From the human T2T-CHM13v2.0 reference genome, Homo sapiens, in assembly GCF_009914755.1 (NCBI RefSeq), contig NC_060931.1: DNA of 64,000 nt; one strand, given 5' to 3'. Under the pieces are notes generated by a model, which made no database searches, was not told the origin of the DNA, and worked only from the letters and a program-made list of their open reading frames with translations. The position numbers and the translations under genes were made by a program. Shown here piece after piece: positions 60,948 to 64,000 of the stretch (the first letter of the stretch is position 1; the number at the start of each line of letters is the position of its first letter).

Positions 60948-63900
60948 ACAAAAATAAAATAATACATTGTAAAAAATGTACACATGTATCAAACATATTA
61001 TAAAAATAAAAATATTCAGTGTAAGAATTTGTAATGATCACAAAATATTCACAGCTTATATTTTAGTACAGTTTCAAATGCCTAGTGCAATTACTATTTA
61101 TTTATAACATGTATATAATAAATATTTTTCAGGTTCAACAATATATATCAATCTTACTGGCTCTTATAAATATTAGTTAAAATCAATTGGTAAATTCATG
61201 TATATATATACACACACGTGTATCAGTGTGTGCATGTGTGTAAATGTAACTGTATGTGTGTGTAAATGTAATTGGATGCATCCTAATATTTACCCTTACC
61301 TACAAGATTTCCAAGATTCATTTATTATCTTTAGTTGATATGCATTTAAAGATTTACCAAATAAAACTCTAATCGTGGAAAATATCAAGATGTTATTAAA
61401 TTCATCTTGTGCACATAATTGTTTCTATAAATTTGTTTCTTGCAAAACTTGCAGTAATGTTCATGCACAAAATAATTTTCTAAATAAAAAAAACATTTTC
61501 TGTCATTAATTTTAATAATTATTTCTCCCTAATAATTAATGTGAATTCTTAATTCTTAATTATAGAATAATGTTGCCCTTCAGAGTTTGGAAACTTTTAC
61601 ATGTTGTACCCATTTCACTAACCAGAAAAACTTCTGAAATATTGGCATTAATGTCACTCAGCAATTACTGATTTCGAAGAAATTAAATACCATTCATATT
61701 CTGAATCACAAAGTGTACTTTGGCATCTAATTTAATCAAGCTCTTTGTATCATCATCTACACTTTAATTACTTAATAAACATTTGTCTGTGTGAGAAAGA
61801 TTGAGCAGGTTATTGTGCTTTTTTAAGATGCAACTTTTGCTTAATCTAGAGATAGGCAATGCTCCCTATAAGGAACAAAGAGAAAAATGAATGAACAATA
61901 GAGATGTGACAGGCATGGAAAAAGGCACTACATTTATAAAACAAATAGGGCCACAGACGATAATGGGGATCAAATCTTGAGATACTGACTCAGTTTATAA
62001 CTGCACTGTATAATAGAGCAAATCATTTGTTAATTTTTTGACAAATGGAATTTAATTTAATTAAGATGGATACAGTGTTTTAAACAAGGCAGGTCATCTT
62101 AAAATAAAAGAGTGGAATAAAGTGATAAAACCAAAGTAAAAATCATAAACATTTTATAAAGAATTTTTGTCATGTAATTTTTTTATTTAAAATCACCCAA
62201 ATCAAAATAATTTTATCTTAATTAACAAATAATCATCAGAAGTTTAACTAATTTTACTCTATAATACTAGGTTTAAAAATTCTTAACTATATTTTAATCA
62301 TATATGCTTATATATAAAATAGACATAGGATATATATTTACATGTTCACAATATTATATTGTAATTGTTCCTATGGATGTGGTTTTTCAATAGAATTATT
62401 AAGTACTTTTAAAAAGTTTCAATTTCAATGATATATATGTTTGACTTTTCTTTGACAAAGCATACATATATTGATAGGTAATGATATGAAAATCTTCTAA
62501 AGACATTACAGGAACATGAAAATGTAATTAAATACTCACAATTTGTAATGTTTTATGTAAGCGGAACACATTTAACTGAAAATTGCTTTTATATAATACT
62601 CAAACGAGACTAAAAACATTTTAACTAGCGGAATAAGTCTTCAAATTGATAATCTGAACTATATAAGAGGAGAAACTTCAGGCATTCAAATACTTGAAAT
62701 GCTACAAAATATTTATATAAACTATTATTTAACCATTTCTGTTTGTCGAGTGCTATACAGTAATCAATATAAATGACATCTCAAGTCTTTCTATAGCTTT
62801 GACCACATTTACCTCCTAATTTTAATTATTAATATGTTGGAGCAGTGCATACAACTCGATTCCGATCTTCTCTTTAATGAGTAAAAATATGTCCTTTGAG
62901 ACAGCATTAAAGAGCACCTTGTATAAATTCAAAGCCAAGAGACAAGATATTCTTGATTCTGATGTCTTGTTCTTTTATACAACAATGTAATTAATAAGAG
63001 GAAAAGCAGGACATAGACATGGAGTCTATTTTAATCAAAAATTGTCCATAGATTTTGATGATAAAATTTAAAAATCTACTACATTTAGTTACAAAAAACT
63101 AGGTTGTGGGAACTTATTTGTTCAATAAAACACAGCTACTAAATGCTGACAAGAAAAAAAGTTAGGTACCACCTTTCTTCTCTGCAGATGGCCTGAGATG
63201 GGTTAATTTGAAAGAATGCTTCCAAACCTGAGGTGACCCCTGGGAACAGCATAATCCACTGCTGTCTCCTACATTCAGTTTCTCAGTTTGTGCTCTTTTA
63301 ATTTCGGGGGGAGGGAAGCCAGTCCTTTAAACTGATCTTCAGCACGATGGCAGAGGCAAGGAGTGTGGACAGGTGGCACGGTGTCTGACTTTGTTGCAGC
63401 AGCCACTTGGGCTTTCTCTGGGTCTTCTCTGCCCTAGGGATAGCACCACTATTGAAAACATGTCTTTGTGACATTCTTTATGCCAGGAACTCCCAACGCA
63501 TTTTCCTTGAAACTGATGAAATGAATAAAAATAAACCAAGAGGTGTGCTGTTTGTTTCTGTTTCCTCCTTTCTGCAGCCCTTCTTGATCATCTAATATTT
63601 TTAAATACATTGTCGATCAGCAAAAGGAGCATAAGGCCTTTATTGATTTGTAGCAGATGTATTAATAGCCCAGCCCCTATTCCTTACCTGTAGCTGCTGT
63701 GAAGAAAACCATCCTTAACACTCTACAAGGTCTCATCTCCAGAATTTGCACCTGTTTCTAGCCGAGGACTCTCTCTAGCAGCATGGGAGCTTGATACTGG
63801 GCATGAAGTGGGAAGAAAAGGTGAGGGTAACTAAGAAGAATCTCCCTGGATTCAGTGATGTAATTCTGAGGCATGTTCCACATAGCTTCCCATAGAATTA

Positions 63901-64000
63901 AGCCCAGATATCTAACACAGGAACTTGCCTCTAAACACGTGTGGCATTGGCTTTTCTATCTTTCCTGTTTTATTTTGTTCTCTCTTCCTTGTCTCACTTT

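Noticed and set aside
63165-63445. Slightly GC-richer segment that could be a minus-strand lncRNA or pseudogene exon
   Set aside because: Weak splice signals and no recognisable protein similarity

Overview
Primate, most likely human, pericentromeric-type DNA with no intact protein-coding or RNA gene that I can support. About 1-40.9 kb looks like ordinary mammalian euchromatin: MIR, L2, L1M, hAT MITEs, many Alus, a solo LTR13 and a 3'-truncated HERV-H/F-group provirus with a tRNA-Phe primer site. It also holds a near full-length L1PA3/4-like element on the minus strand (25.0-31.2 kb). A second full-length L1 on the plus strand (40.9-47.0 kb) runs directly into about 2.5 kb of monomeric alpha satellite. 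This is followed by about 8 kb of HSat2 (with a near-perfect 3 x 694 bp higher-order repeat), about 1.5 kb of CATTC/CACTC satellite carrying repeated Alu fragments and a young AluYa-lineage insertion, and then AT-rich non-satellite DNA. The most unusual signal is that the two inverted L1s share many non-consensus substitutions and the same inactivating +2 frameshift, and neither has a clean target-site duplication. This points to DNA-level copying or gene conversion rather than two independent retrotranspositions. Several rearrangement scars cluster at 40.2-40.9 kb. I see no new gene system; the findings concern structural evolution. Subfamily names come from recalled consensus sequences and need RepeatMasker/Dfam confirmation; boundaries of old repeats are approximate.
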